Of a DNA stretch of 64,000 nt, positions 8,918 through 18,606 are shown piece by piece. A program made the position numbers and the translations under genes. Source of the stretch: an uncultured Pelagibacteraceae bacterium (lineage in GTDB: Bacteria; Pseudomonadota; Alphaproteobacteria; Pelagibacterales; AG-422-B15); the NCBI GenBank assembly GCA_902604225.1, contig CACKXV010000002.1, forward strand, positions 8,799 to 72,798, read 5' to 3'. The notes beneath the pieces were generated by a model. That model was not told the DNA's origin. It ran no database searches and saw only the letters and a list, made by a program, of their open reading frames with translations. Position 1 is the first letter of the stretch; each line of letters begins with the position of its first letter.

Positions 8918-10243
8918 TTATCTTTGTTTTAACTCTGCAAATACTTTTTTATAAAAAATACTATCATATTTATTAAAGTACATTACGACGATAGCTATTG
9001 TTCCAGCAATAGATGGAAAAATATAACCCATAATGAAAAGACCATTCAATGTTTCCTCACTTTGTATTGCTGCATTTGCAATATAATTTGTGTTATCTAA
9101 TATTACTCCCGCTAACCAAGCACTAAAGCCAACACTTAACTTGAACACAAATACATGAGCAGAATTCAGTATTCCTTCCGCTCGAAATCCTGATTTCCAC
9201 TCGCCATACTCAACCGTATCAGCAATCATTGACCAGGCCATTACACCTGCCATACCAAAGCCAACAAACCCAGGACTAGCAATGAATGCTAATAACCAAA
9301 AGTTTTCATAACCTGTGATAAAATAAATTATTAAATCTGTAAAAACGTAGAGAAAAGTTCCAATCATGAATAATGTTTTCTTTTCAAACCTGTGTTTTAC
9401 TAAATTTATTACATATGCTCCAAGCATAATTTGTAGAATCACGCCCAGTAAAATTGGACTAAAGTATGCTTCTAATTGTAAGTTATATTTTACGAAATAG
9501 ATTACTGTAAGTTGCTTAATATTGTTCGCTATCCAAGTAGTAAGAAGAGCTAGCACTACAAAGTGTAATGGAAAATTTGTAAAAACCATTTTTATGATTT
9601 TTTTTAATCCAACACGTTTTTCATAAGGCTTAGAATAAATTTCTTTGGTATTAAAGAAGCAAAGAAAAGCAAAAATTGCTCCCATGAAAGCTAAACAACC
9701 AACCACAATTGGGAATCCATATTGAGGTGAGCTAAATAAGCCAACTAAAGGCAATGTTAATACTGCAACAGCAATTGACCCCGAACTGGCTCCTAAAAAT
9801 CTGAATGAGGCTAGAGAAGTCCTTTCATCTCGATCTTGGGTCATAGCTGGAATTAAAGAACCTACTGGTATAGCAATAATTGTATATAGTGTCGTGAAAG
9901 TAATGTAGGTGAAAAGAGCCCAGTAAAATTTACCTGTTTGGGATAAATCGGGAGAAGTAAAACACAGTATGATCATTATTAAAGCGGGGACAGATCCAAA
10001 TAAAATATAGGGTCTAAATTTCCCCCATCTCGTTGAGGTATTATCTGCTATGTACCCCATGATGGGATCAGTGAATGCATCCCAGACTTTCGCTATGAAA
10101 AATACCAACCCCGCTTGTGTTGGCGATAAACCAAAAATATCTGTGTAGAAAAACAGTAGATAAAATACGGTTAACTGCCACATGATATTTATCGCAAAAT
10201 CTCCACCGCCATAAAATATTTTTGATCTGGTACTTAGTTTCAT
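8918..10243 (-). CDS. glycoside-pentoside-hexuronide (GPH):cation symporter, MelB-like MFS transporter
   Basis: 441 aa with about 12 TM. GPH motif WDAFTDPIMGYIADNTSTRWGKFRPYIL. Confidence 0.85.
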   Translation of the reverse strand: MKLSTRSKIFYGGGDFAINIMWQLTVFYLLFFYTDIFGLSPTQAGLVFFIAKVWDAFTDPIMGYIADNTSTRWGKFRPYILFGSVPALIMIILCFTSPDLSQTGKFYWALFTYITFTTLYTIIAIPVGSLIPAMTQDRDERTSLASFRFLGASSGSIAVAVLTLPLVGLFSSPQYGFPIVVGCLAFMGAIFAFLCFFNTKEIYSKPYEKRVGLKKIIKMVFTNFPLHFVVLALLTTWIANNIKQLTVIYFVKYNLQLEAYFSPILLGVILQIMLGAYVINLVKHRFEKKTLFMIGTFLYVFTDLIIYFITGYENFWLLAFIASPGFVGFGMAGVMAWSMIADTVEYGEWKSGFRAEGILNSAHVFVFKLSVGFSAWLAGVILDNTNYIANAAIQSEETLNGLFIMGYIFPSIAGTIAIVVMYFNKYDSIFYKKVFAELKQR

Positions 10244-11382
10244 AAATTTTTATAAGTTGTTTCTACTAACTTTAAAGCACGTTGGTCACCTAACATCGAT
10301 CCAGTAAGCAAATTCATAGTGTAAGCAAAACTCAGCCCGTTTTCGGGATCACCAAAAGCCATAGAGCCACCCCAACCAGTATGACCAAACGCTTTGCTGC
10401 TCTTTCCAAAAAGTTTACCACCTCCCACACTATACCCTGCACAGCTCCATTGCATCGGCGATTTCATAACGTTATCATCACCGCTGACAGCAACTGCAGT
10501 TACTAATTTAAAAGTTTCATTTGATATGAAGTTATTTGACTGATGATTTATAAAGTGATCATAAATTTTTGCGATCGATCGTGAATTTCCATGACAGTTC
10601 ATTGCAGGAATTTCGGCTAGCCTCCATTCTGAAGTATTTGCTGTTTTAGTTCTGTTTGCAGGATTGAGGAATGCAGTTACCAAATAATTATCAACATTTT
10701 CTGGATTACTAAAAGCTTTACGTAAACTTTCAGAACTTATTAACTCAGCAATATTGTCATGATGTATCTCAGGGGTTCCAATAAAGCACTTTGCTTTCAG
10801 AGGCTCACTAAGAAGTTCATACAAATTTTTTCCAACTGATTTTTTTGTAATTCTTTTAATTAATTCTCCAACGAGAAAGCCGATAGTTTTAGGATGATAG
10901 CAAATTTCTTTGTTGGGTTCATGGAAAGGTTTTTGTTTTGCAAGTAACTCACAAACATAATCCCATTTATAAAAATCTGTTTCATCAAGAGGATCCCTCC
11001 AACCATAAAGACCTGCTTGATGAGATAAAAGTGTTTTTACCCTAATATCATTTTTTCCATTTTCAGAAAATTCTGGCCAATAATCGCAAACTCTTTTTTC
11101 TAATTCTAAATCACCATTATCAATTAGTTTTGCAACTACCATGGCGACAATTCCTTTACTGGTTGAATGAACATTGACCATTGTTTCTTTATTCCAGCTA
11201 ATTTTTTTGTCACGGTCTTGAAAACCACCGTAAAGATCTATGATTGGCTTACCATCTTTATATACAGCAAATGATGCACCAACTTCCTCATCACTTTCAA
11301 TATTTCTCTTAAAAAGTTCGTAGGTTTCTTGGAACTTTTCTTCAAATTCTCCATACTCTGTAACAGCATTCATAGTGCTCAT
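10240..11382 (-). CDS. serine hydrolase, beta-lactamase/esterase (class C, EstB-like) family
   Basis: S-x-x-K motif in HSTSKG. About 380 aa, no signal peptide. 4-nt overlap with the downstream symporter gene. Confidence 0.85.
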   Translation of the reverse strand: MSTMNAVTEYGEFEEKFQETYELFKRNIESDEEVGASFAVYKDGKPIIDLYGGFQDRDKKISWNKETMVNVHSTSKGIVAMVVAKLIDNGDLELEKRVCDYWPEFSENGKNDIRVKTLLSHQAGLYGWRDPLDETDFYKWDYVCELLAKQKPFHEPNKEICYHPKTIGFLVGELIKRITKKSVGKNLYELLSEPLKAKCFIGTPEIHHDNIAELISSESLRKAFSNPENVDNYLVTAFLNPANRTKTANTSEWRLAEIPAMNCHGNSRSIAKIYDHFINHQSNNFISNETFKLVTAVAVSGDDNVMKSPMQWSCAGYSVGGGKLFGKSSKAFGHTGWGGSMAFGDPENGLSFAYTMNLLTGSMLGDQRALKLVETTYKNL

Positions 11383-11428
11383 TTATAGTGTAATAAAATT
11401 AAATTTATATATTCTTCTTTTAGATTAT

Positions 11429-12337
11429 ATGAGCGAAGTAAATAACAAAACATATTTAATTGGTTTTATTCTTGCATTATCTGCTGGTTTGATTTGGAGT
11501 TTTGGTGCGCCTACTGTTCGCTATATGGTAGATGCTGAAATTTATCAATGGCATTATCTATTTTGTAGAGGCATTGTAGTAGCAACAATTCTCCTAATCT
11601 TTCTAATTTATCAAGAAGGATTAGCATTCAGACATAATTTTAAAAGGGTAGGTATTTCAGGTTTAATTGGTGGTTTGGGTCTAGCTTCAGCTTTTATTTT
11701 TTTCATATTTGGAATGACTTTTACTTCTGCAGCAACAACGTTATTTATGATTGGAACTCAACCTTTATTTGCGGGACTGTTTGCTTATATTTTTCTTAGA
11801 GAAAAAGTTGGAATAACTACAGCTATTGCATGTTTTGTTTCGTTGTTTGGTATGTTTTTAATGGCATACAATGACTGGTATGCTGGCACATTTTTAGGTT
11901 GGACTTTTGGATTATTTTGTTCAATTGGTTTTGCAATATTTGCTACGACTTTAAGATGGCAGCCTGATACACCAAAATTTACAACGATCATTATTGCTGG
12001 GATTGCATGCTCCTTATTTTCGATGTGTATGATTCTCTATCTCAATGATGGTTATACTATGCCGCTTAGAAATATACTATTGAGCATGATGCATGGTTCT
12101 TTTGTAGCAATAGGGTTAATACTTTTAAGTATAGGCGCACGCTATTTGCCAGCTGCTGAATTCATGCTTCTCTCTCTTACTGAAGTAGTAGGGGGAGTCA
12201 TATGGTGTTGGATACCTCTTTTTGGAGTTAACGAGGTGCCTTCAACATTCACTCTTATAGGAGGTATGATTATAATTATCGCAATCAGCTTCTATGCTTT
12301 AGGTTCAAAACAGAAAACTTCACCACCGACTTTATGA
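11429..12337 (+). CDS. EamA/DMT-family transporter
   Basis: About 10 TM helices with a duplicated EamA-like architecture. I prefer ATG 11429 (MSEVNNK...) to the GTG at 11375, which overlaps the divergent gene's start. Confidence 0.8.
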   Translation: MSEVNNKTYLIGFILALSAGLIWSFGAPTVRYMVDAEIYQWHYLFCRGIVVATILLIFLIYQEGLAFRHNFKRVGISGLIGGLGLASAFIFFIFGMTFTSAATTLFMIGTQPLFAGLFAYIFLREKVGITTAIACFVSLFGMFLMAYNDWYAGTFLGWTFGLFCSIGFAIFATTLRWQPDTPKFTTIIIAGIACSLFSMCMILYLNDGYTMPLRNILLSMMHGSFVAIGLILLSIGARYLPAAEFMLLSLTEVVGGVIWCWIPLFGVNEVPSTFTLIGGMIIIIAISFYALGSKQKTSPPTL

Positions 12338-12355
12338 GTAATAAGAGTTTATTGA

Positions 12356-13519
12356 ATGAATGAAATAATATCTAATAACTGGAACTTTCCGACGCCTATA
12401 TGGTTTGGGCTTTCACGTAGACTTGAAATTATAGAAGCGCTTAATGAGTTATCTATAGTGAAACCAATGATTGTTACAGACCCAAATTTTGCAGAAAATG
12501 AAAATTTTATTGAAATCCTTGCTATTCTTGAAAAGAATAAGATCGAATTCTCAGTATTTTCAAATTTAAAAGGAAATCCTACGGGCAAGAACGTAACGGA
12601 TGGTGTTGCTCAATTTAATTCAAGCAAAAGTGATGGTATAATTATTATTGGCGGAGGAAGTTCTTTGGATGCTGGAAAGGCCATTGCTTTTATGTCGAAG
12701 CAAAGGGAGGACTTATGGTTTTTTGAAGATGTCAGCGACAACTGGAAACAAGCTGTAACTGATAATCTGCCACAAGTAATTGCTATGCCAACAACCTCAG
12801 GAACTGGTTCAGAGACAGGAAGAGCCTCACTTATTGTTGATGAAGCAGATATGACAAAAAAAATTATTTTCCACCCGTCTTTCTTGCCTGATTTAGTCAT
12901 TCTTGATCCAGAGTTAACTTTGAGCTTACCCCCCCACTTAACTGCTGCCACAGGAATGGATGCGCTTGCGCATTGCTTAGAAGCTTATTGTGCACGAGGG
13001 TTTCATCCAATGGCAGATGGGATTGCTATAGAGGGAATTAAGAATGTTAAGGACCAATTGCTCACTGCTTATAACGAACCAAAAAATATTCATGCCAGAA
13101 GTAAGATGTTAGTAACCTCATCTATGGGTTCTACAGCTTTTCAAAAAGGGTTAGGAGCTATTCATTCATTGTCACATCCGATAAATGCAGTAAATGATAT
13201 TCATCATGGTTTATCAAATGCCATTTTCATGCCTTATGTTCTTAACTTTAATAAAGATGTAATTGAAGATAGAATTATTTCTCTATCAAAATATTTAGAC
13301 TTAAATAAGAAATCATTTGATGGATTCATGGAATGGATCTTGGATTTGAGAAGTAATCTTTCTATACCTCATACACTTAAAGAGTTGAATGTTGATTTTG
13401 ATTTTGACTTACTATCAGAAATGGCCTTAAAAGATCCATCCACTCAACCCAATCCCAAAGATATATCTTTAGATCAAATGAAGAATCTTTACATAAATTC
13501 ATACGAAGGTATTCTATAA
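12356..13519 (+). CDS. iron-containing (group III) alcohol dehydrogenase
   Basis: GGGSSLDAGKAIA dinucleotide motif. Metal-binding His motifs DALAHCLEAY and IHSLSHP..HHG. Confidence 0.9.
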   Translation: MNEIISNNWNFPTPIWFGLSRRLEIIEALNELSIVKPMIVTDPNFAENENFIEILAILEKNKIEFSVFSNLKGNPTGKNVTDGVAQFNSSKSDGIIIIGGGSSLDAGKAIAFMSKQREDLWFFEDVSDNWKQAVTDNLPQVIAMPTTSGTGSETGRASLIVDEADMTKKIIFHPSFLPDLVILDPELTLSLPPHLTAATGMDALAHCLEAYCARGFHPMADGIAIEGIKNVKDQLLTAYNEPKNIHARSKMLVTSSMGSTAFQKGLGAIHSLSHPINAVNDIHHGLSNAIFMPYVLNFNKDVIEDRIISLSKYLDLNKKSFDGFMEWILDLRSNLSIPHTLKELNVDFDFDLLSEMALKDPSTQPNPKDISLDQMKNLYINSYEGIL

Positions 13520-13521
13520 CT

Positions 13522-14262
13522 ATGATTAAAACAGAAAAATTAATCTATGGTGCACTAAATTCTGATCAAAAATTTGAAGGCTCAATCAGTTATGATGATA
13601 GCATAAGTAATCATCGTCCTGGCATCCTTGTTTGCCATGCATATGGCGGGCATTCATCTTTTGATGTTGCGAAAGCTGAAAAATTGGCTGAATTGGGTTA
13701 TTTTGCTTTTGCAATTGATCTCTATGGACAGGGTAGACGAGGTTCTAATCCAGAGGAGTCAATGGCACTTATGAATGAATTTAATTCTGACAGAGTATTG
13801 CTTCAAGAACGTATGATAAATGCATTTCAAACTCTTAAAAACTTCGATCAAGTTGATAAGAATAAAACTGGGGCTATTGGATTTTGTTTTGGTGGCAAGT
13901 GCGCTCTTGATCTTGCAAGATCTGGGGAGGATATTAAAGGAGTTGTTAGTTTTCACGGACTTTATGATGCTCCAACAGCGAGTACTGGAAAGCAATTAAA
14001 AGGGACATTAAAAATTGATAGTTCGATCTTAATTTTGCATGGCTATGATGATCCTATGGCCACTCCAAAAAGTATGGTCGAACTCGCTGATGAACTAAAT
14101 TTAAAGAAAGCTAAATGGCAAATTCATGCATATGGCAATGTGGGCCATGCCTTTACTAATCCAGAAGCTAATCAGAGAGAAAGCGGATTATTTTATGACC
14201 AATATGCTGATGAGCATTCTTGGAATGAAATGAAAAACTTCTTTTCAAAATTATTTTTATAG
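13522..14262 (+). CDS. dienelactone hydrolase family protein
   Basis: Nucleophile motif GFCFGG, plus ILHGYDDP and GNVGHAF (Cys-Asp-His triad layout of the DLH family). Confidence 0.85.
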   Translation: MIKTEKLIYGALNSDQKFEGSISYDDSISNHRPGILVCHAYGGHSSFDVAKAEKLAELGYFAFAIDLYGQGRRGSNPEESMALMNEFNSDRVLLQERMINAFQTLKNFDQVDKNKTGAIGFCFGGKCALDLARSGEDIKGVVSFHGLYDAPTASTGKQLKGTLKIDSSILILHGYDDPMATPKSMVELADELNLKKAKWQIHAYGNVGHAFTNPEANQRESGLFYDQYADEHSWNEMKNFFSKLFL

Positions 14263-14265
14263 ATC

Positions 14266-15333
14266 TTAATTAATATTAGTAATTTCTACTTTGTCAGAAC
14301 CAACTGGTAGTATTGCCATAGTTCCATCATCTGCTAATGTCCAATTGTTTGGACGTACTTCATTAACACCTCTCACAAAAATTATTTTCGCAATGAAATT
14401 TTGAGGGGCTGGAGTCAAATGATAAAATATTAACTCTTTTACATTTGCTTCATTGGCTGCTTGGGCAGCCTCAATTGGAGAAGCATGATAATCCTGAATA
14501 TCATAAAAGACTGTGGATAATAAGGGGTTAATGTCTTCAGAAATTTCTTCCAATCTTCCTATCATATTTTGAGAGAGAGCATCATGAAATAGTAAGTCTG
14601 CATTTTTAGCTTGTTCAACTAAGTTTTTACTGTAGTCGGTATCGCCACTTATCACTATGGATCGGCCTTTATAATCGAAACGAAAACCTAGCGAGGGATC
14701 AACTGGAAAATGCTCAACTTCAAAAGCTGTTATCTTAAGTCCACCATCATCAAAAATAACCGGATCATTTAAATTAATTATTTTTGTGTCAAAGCCGGCA
14801 AAGTCAGAAGGAGCTACTTCTTCTCCATGATGAAGTGTTCTCCACTCAGTGTCTAACTCATAAGCTTTTGTTATTCCCTCAGTCACGAGATTGGTACCCA
14901 GTGGCCCATACACTGGCAGTTTTTTGCCTCTATTTTGAGTTACCCATGAATAGAGGTGAAAGTCAGCTAGATCAGAAATATGATCTGAATGCAAGTGAGT
15001 TAATAAGACTGCATCTAAATTACCAAGATTAATACTCCAATTTATAAGGTTTTGTCTGCTACCATCCCCAGTATCAACCACAAACATATGATCAGGAGTT
15101 TTTATCATTATGCAAGGCTCAGCTCTTCCCTTACCAGGTAAGGGTCCCCGTGATCCGCAGACAAGACCAATAATATAATCGCCATCAAAACTTATTAATT
15201 TATCCTGATTATTCCATTGTCTATCAAAATCAAAATCTATCAAAAGATTTTGAACAGGAGTAGTTCTTATCCCGATAAGCGCAATAATGAGTACTAAAAT
15301 TGCGGTTATTAAAAAAAAATAAATTTTTTTCAT
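14266..15333 (-). CDS. membrane-anchored or secreted MBL-fold metallo-hydrolase
   Basis: Metallo-beta-lactamase motif LLTHLHSDHISD. N-terminal hydrophobic anchor MKKIYFFLITAILVLIIALIG. Confidence 0.85.
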   Translation of the reverse strand: MKKIYFFLITAILVLIIALIGIRTTPVQNLLIDFDFDRQWNNQDKLISFDGDYIIGLVCGSRGPLPGKGRAEPCIMIKTPDHMFVVDTGDGSRQNLINWSINLGNLDAVLLTHLHSDHISDLADFHLYSWVTQNRGKKLPVYGPLGTNLVTEGITKAYELDTEWRTLHHGEEVAPSDFAGFDTKIINLNDPVIFDDGGLKITAFEVEHFPVDPSLGFRFDYKGRSIVISGDTDYSKNLVEQAKNADLLFHDALSQNMIGRLEEISEDINPLLSTVFYDIQDYHASPIEAAQAANEANVKELIFYHLTPAPQNFIAKIIFVRGVNEVRPNNWTLADDGTMAILPVGSDKVEITNIN

Positions 15334-15338
15334 ATTTA

Positions 15339-15713
15339 TTAGCTAGACATTCTCTTCGATGTTACAAGCAATAAAGTAATAATTAATATTTCAATAATAA
15401 TAAATTGAGTTGCAAAGGTTGCATCATGTGCAGCCCATGAGATAACTCTAAATAAAGCAGTAACACCTAAAAGCATTGCGGGCGCGTAAAACCAAATACT
15501 TCTTAGAGTATAAGCTGCAAGTATCATCATTAAACCAATGCAAAAAAAATAGCTTCCTACATCACCAATTAGACTACTTCGACCTAAACCTTCAGAAATT
15601 TCTAAAATACCAAAATTAGCTCCAGCCTCGTAGGGAGAAATCACCCAGAGGAGACCAATTGCAATAAACAAGATCCCATTGATAGCATTTAAAACAACTA
15701 AAAATTTGTTCAT
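15339..15713 (-). CDS. small 4-TM membrane protein (uncharacterized)
   Basis: 124 aa with four hydrophobic segments. 5-nt spacer to the downstream MBL gene. No recognisable catalytic motif. Confidence 0.5.
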   Translation of the reverse strand: MNKFLVVLNAINGILFIAIGLLWVISPYEAGANFGILEISEGLGRSSLIGDVGSYFFCIGLMMILAAYTLRSIWFYAPAMLLGVTALFRVISWAAHDATFATQFIIIEILIITLLLVTSKRMSS

Positions 15714-15778
15714 AATCTCTCCCCTTTAGTATTATTAAATAATGTTTATTTTTATTATAATCAATAATAAGGTTCAAT

Positions 15779-16201
15779 ATGGAAGTTAAAAATAAGGTTT
15801 ATCCCAGTAAAGATCAGATGAGGGGTTTCTTTGAAACTGCAACTGATAGTGAACCAATCTATATGGTTAACTTATTAAAGTTTAAAGATAAAGCTGAATA
15901 CAAAGATGGAAGAAAAACAAAATTGACCGGTAGAGAAGCATACAAAATCTATGCAGAATTTGTAAAGAAGCATTTACAAAATATTGGCGGAGATCTTGTT
16001 TTACACACTGATGTGACACGTATGGTAGTTGGGCAAGTTGAGGAATTATGGGATGTAGTTGCTATCGCTAAATGGCCTTCAAGACAAATTATGGGTGAAA
16101 ATATGATGCCAAATGACCCAACGTATCTTGAAGCGTACCAACATAGAGAAGCAGGTTTAGCCGGCCAACTTAATATTGAAACTAAAGAAATAAATGATTG
16201 A
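15779..16201 (+). CDS. DUF1330-like (dimeric alpha/beta-barrel) protein
   Basis: 140 aa. [20 protein letters not shown]...[18 protein letters not shown] resembles DUF1330. Family assignment is from memory. Confidence 0.45.
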   Translation: MEVKNKVYPSKDQMRGFFETATDSEPIYMVNLLKFKDKAEYKDGRKTKLTGREAYKIYAEFVKKHLQNIGGDLVLHTDVTRMVVGQVEELWDVVAIAKWPSRQIMGENMMPNDPTYLEAYQHREAGLAGQLNIETKEIND

Positions 16202-16880
16202 ATTATATACTTCGCCTACACCAAATGGATATAAGATTTCCGTCGCACTAGAGGAACTGGAAATACCTTACAATGTTCACGTTGTTAATCTACAAGCTGG
16301 AGATCAAAAAAAACCTGAATTCTTAGCAATGAACCCAAATGGACGTATTCCTGTAATTGTTGATATAGAAAATAATAATCTTTCAATTATGGAAAGTGGT
16401 GCTCAACTTATTTATTTAGCTGAGAAAGCAGGAAAACTTCTACCTACCGAAACAATTGCTCGTTCTAAAGTGATTCAATGGTTGATGTTCCAAATGGGAG
16501 GAATTGGTCCCATGATGGGGCAGGCAAACGTTTTTTTTCGGTATTGGCCTGGCGATAAAATCCAAGCGGCTGTAGATCGTTATCAAAATGAAGGACGACG
16601 ATTATTTGAAGTAATGGAAACACGTTTAAAGAATAATGAATTTTTAGCGGATGATTTTAGTATTGCTGATATTGCTAACTGGTGCTGGGTAAGAACATAT
16701 AAATGGTCAGGTATTAAAATAGATGGCCTGACAGGTCTTCAAAGATGGATGCAAATGATGGAAGATCGACCGGCATGTAAAAAAGGTGTAGCTGTTCCAA
16801 TTGATATTATGGAGTTGATGAGAAATATGAAACAATCAAAAGACTTAACGGACACAGGTTCGAAAATTATACAGAAATAG
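16194..16880 (+). CDS. glutathione S-transferase (Nu-class, YfcG/YghU-like)
   Basis: [56 protein letters not shown] is the characteristic YfcG-like N-terminal thioredoxin-fold region. Confidence 0.9.
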   Translation: MIELYTSPTPNGYKISVALEELEIPYNVHVVNLQAGDQKKPEFLAMNPNGRIPVIVDIENNNLSIMESGAQLIYLAEKAGKLLPTETIARSKVIQWLMFQMGGIGPMMGQANVFFRYWPGDKIQAAVDRYQNEGRRLFEVMETRLKNNEFLADDFSIADIANWCWVRTYKWSGIKIDGLTGLQRWMQMMEDRPACKKGVAVPIDIMELMRNMKQSKDLTDTGSKIIQK

Positions 16881-16889
16881 ATAGATATT

Positions 16890-17927
16890 ATGAATTTACC
16901 AAATCCATTAGTAGTACTTGGCGGAGTGGGGTCGCCTTATACTCGCAAAATGCTCTCCTACCTACGATATAAAAGAATTCCCCATAAAATGGTCTGGGGA
17001 GACCCTTCAAAATATCTAGATCAGAAAGGAATAGAAAAACCAAAACCTAGTTTGCTGCCAACGTTTGTATTGCCTGATGAAGATGGAAACTTAAAAGCAA
17101 TAACTGACTCCACTCCATTGATACGAAGGATTGATAAAGAGGTCAGTGAACGAAGTACCATACCATCTGACCCCGCCCTTGCGTTCATTAATTATCTAAT
17201 AGAAGATTTTGCCGATGAGTGGGGTACTAAATATATGTTTCATTATCGATGGCACGATCAAAAAGATGCAACTAATGCAGGTACTATTTTACCACTTCAG
17301 ACTATAGGAATGATGCCAGATGATATGCTAAAAAATGTTAGAGAAATGATCAGTAAAAGGCAAATTGACAGATTGTGGGTAGTGGGCTCAAACAATGATA
17401 CAGCGCCAATAATAGATGCAAGTTTAAGGCGCTTATTAGTTATTCTTGAAAAGCATTTTGCATCTGCATCTTACTTAATAAGTAAAAGACCTTCTTCCAG
17501 TGATTTTGCTTTATATGGACAACTGTCTCAGCTTGTTAACTTTGATCCAACTCCCAGAGAAATTTGTCACGAAGTATCTTTGAGAACAGTTGCATGGGTT
17601 GGTTTAATTGAAGACCAGTCTGGCATTGAAGTAACCGATGAACAATGGGGATCAATTGAAAGTTTGCCATTGACAGTAAAAGATTTACTCATTGAAATTG
17701 GAAATGGGTATGTGCCTGCACAATTAGCAAATGCAAAAGCTATAGAAAATGGCGATAAAGAATGGGAAACAGAAATCGATAATTGCCTTTGGAAGCAAAA
17801 ATCATTTCCCTACCAGGCAAAGTGTCTTAAATGGGTTAACGAAGAATATAACGCGCTTGAAGAAAATGATCAAAAAAAAGTTAATAACCTCCTTGATGGG
17901 ACAGGATGTGAAAGGTTAATATTATGA
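16890..17927 (+). CDS. glutathione S-transferase-like protein (long form)
   Basis: 345 aa. N-terminal GSPYTRKMLSYLRYKRIPHK thioredoxin-like GST-N pattern and an alpha-helical C-terminal half. Sits between a GST and a DsbA/HCCA-isomerase-like gene. Confidence 0.6.
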   Translation: MNLPNPLVVLGGVGSPYTRKMLSYLRYKRIPHKMVWGDPSKYLDQKGIEKPKPSLLPTFVLPDEDGNLKAITDSTPLIRRIDKEVSERSTIPSDPALAFINYLIEDFADEWGTKYMFHYRWHDQKDATNAGTILPLQTIGMMPDDMLKNVREMISKRQIDRLWVVGSNNDTAPIIDASLRRLLVILEKHFASASYLISKRPSSSDFALYGQLSQLVNFDPTPREICHEVSLRTVAWVGLIEDQSGIEVTDEQWGSIESLPLTVKDLLIEIGNGYVPAQLANAKAIENGDKEWETEIDNCLWKQKSFPYQAKCLKWVNEEYNALEENDQKKVNNLLDGTGCERLIL

Positions 17928-18571
17928 TTATGAAGGTGGATTTATATTTCTCTTTCAGAAGTCCCTATTCGTATTTAATTTTGCCACGCATGGTTGAATT
18001 GAGGGATAAACATGGGGTAGATGTTAATTTTAAGCAAGTTTACCCTCTTGCAATAAGGGAACCAGAATTTTTCAAAGGTAAAAATCTCTTTACTTACTTT
18101 TTAATCAGAAGAATTGATTATGTCAGACAAGCAAAAAAAAATAATATGGTTTTTGCCAAACCAAATCCTGATCCAATAAATCAAAACTTGGTGACTGGAA
18201 AAATTTCTGACCATCAGCCTTATATTTTTAAATTAGCCCATTATTGTCAAGCTATACAAAAAGATAAGCAGCTCGATTTTGCTGTTGTGGTTTCAAATAA
18301 AATATGGAGCGGTCTCAAGAACTGGAATACAGATGAGTCAATAGCTGATGCTACTTCAAAAGTTGGACTGAAATTTGAAGATATTGAAAAAATGCGTATC
18401 GAAAATGAACAAGCGTTAATTGATGAAATTAAGTTAAATCAAAAAGAACAGCTCGAAGCAGGACATCATGGAGTCCCTCTATCTGTTTACAAAGACAAAT
18501 TCTTTTTTGGTCAAGATCGTTTTGATGATCTGGTTAGTGAATTAAAAAAAGATGGATTAGTGATTAGCTGA
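17924..18571 (+). CDS. 2-hydroxychromene-2-carboxylate isomerase / DsbA-like thioredoxin-fold protein
   Basis: DLYFSFRSPYSYL N-terminal motif and C-terminal GVPLSVYKDKFFFGQDRFDDL, typical of the HCCA isomerase family. ATGA overlap with the upstream gene. Confidence 0.75.
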   Translation: MIMKVDLYFSFRSPYSYLILPRMVELRDKHGVDVNFKQVYPLAIREPEFFKGKNLFTYFLIRRIDYVRQAKKNNMVFAKPNPDPINQNLVTGKISDHQPYIFKLAHYCQAIQKDKQLDFAVVVSNKIWSGLKNWNTDESIADATSKVGLKFEDIEKMRIENEQALIDEIKLNQKEQLEAGHHGVPLSVYKDKFFFGQDRFDDLVSELKKDGLVIS

Positions 18572-18606
18572 TAAGAAACAAAGTATTTCCTGAGCTACAA
18601 TTTATA

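Noticed and set aside
11375-11428. GTG start at 11375 for the EamA transporter, which would overlap the divergent esterase start codon
   Set aside because: The extra 18 residues (MLIYSVIKLNLYILLLDY) are encoded by what must be the shared promoter region. ATG 11429 gives a normal N-terminus before TM1.
12349-12951. Antisense ORFs 12349-12588 and 12610-12951 opposite the alcohol dehydrogenase gene
   Set aside because: The plus-strand ORF has clear Fe-ADH motifs over its whole length. The antisense products have no motifs and overlap it completely.
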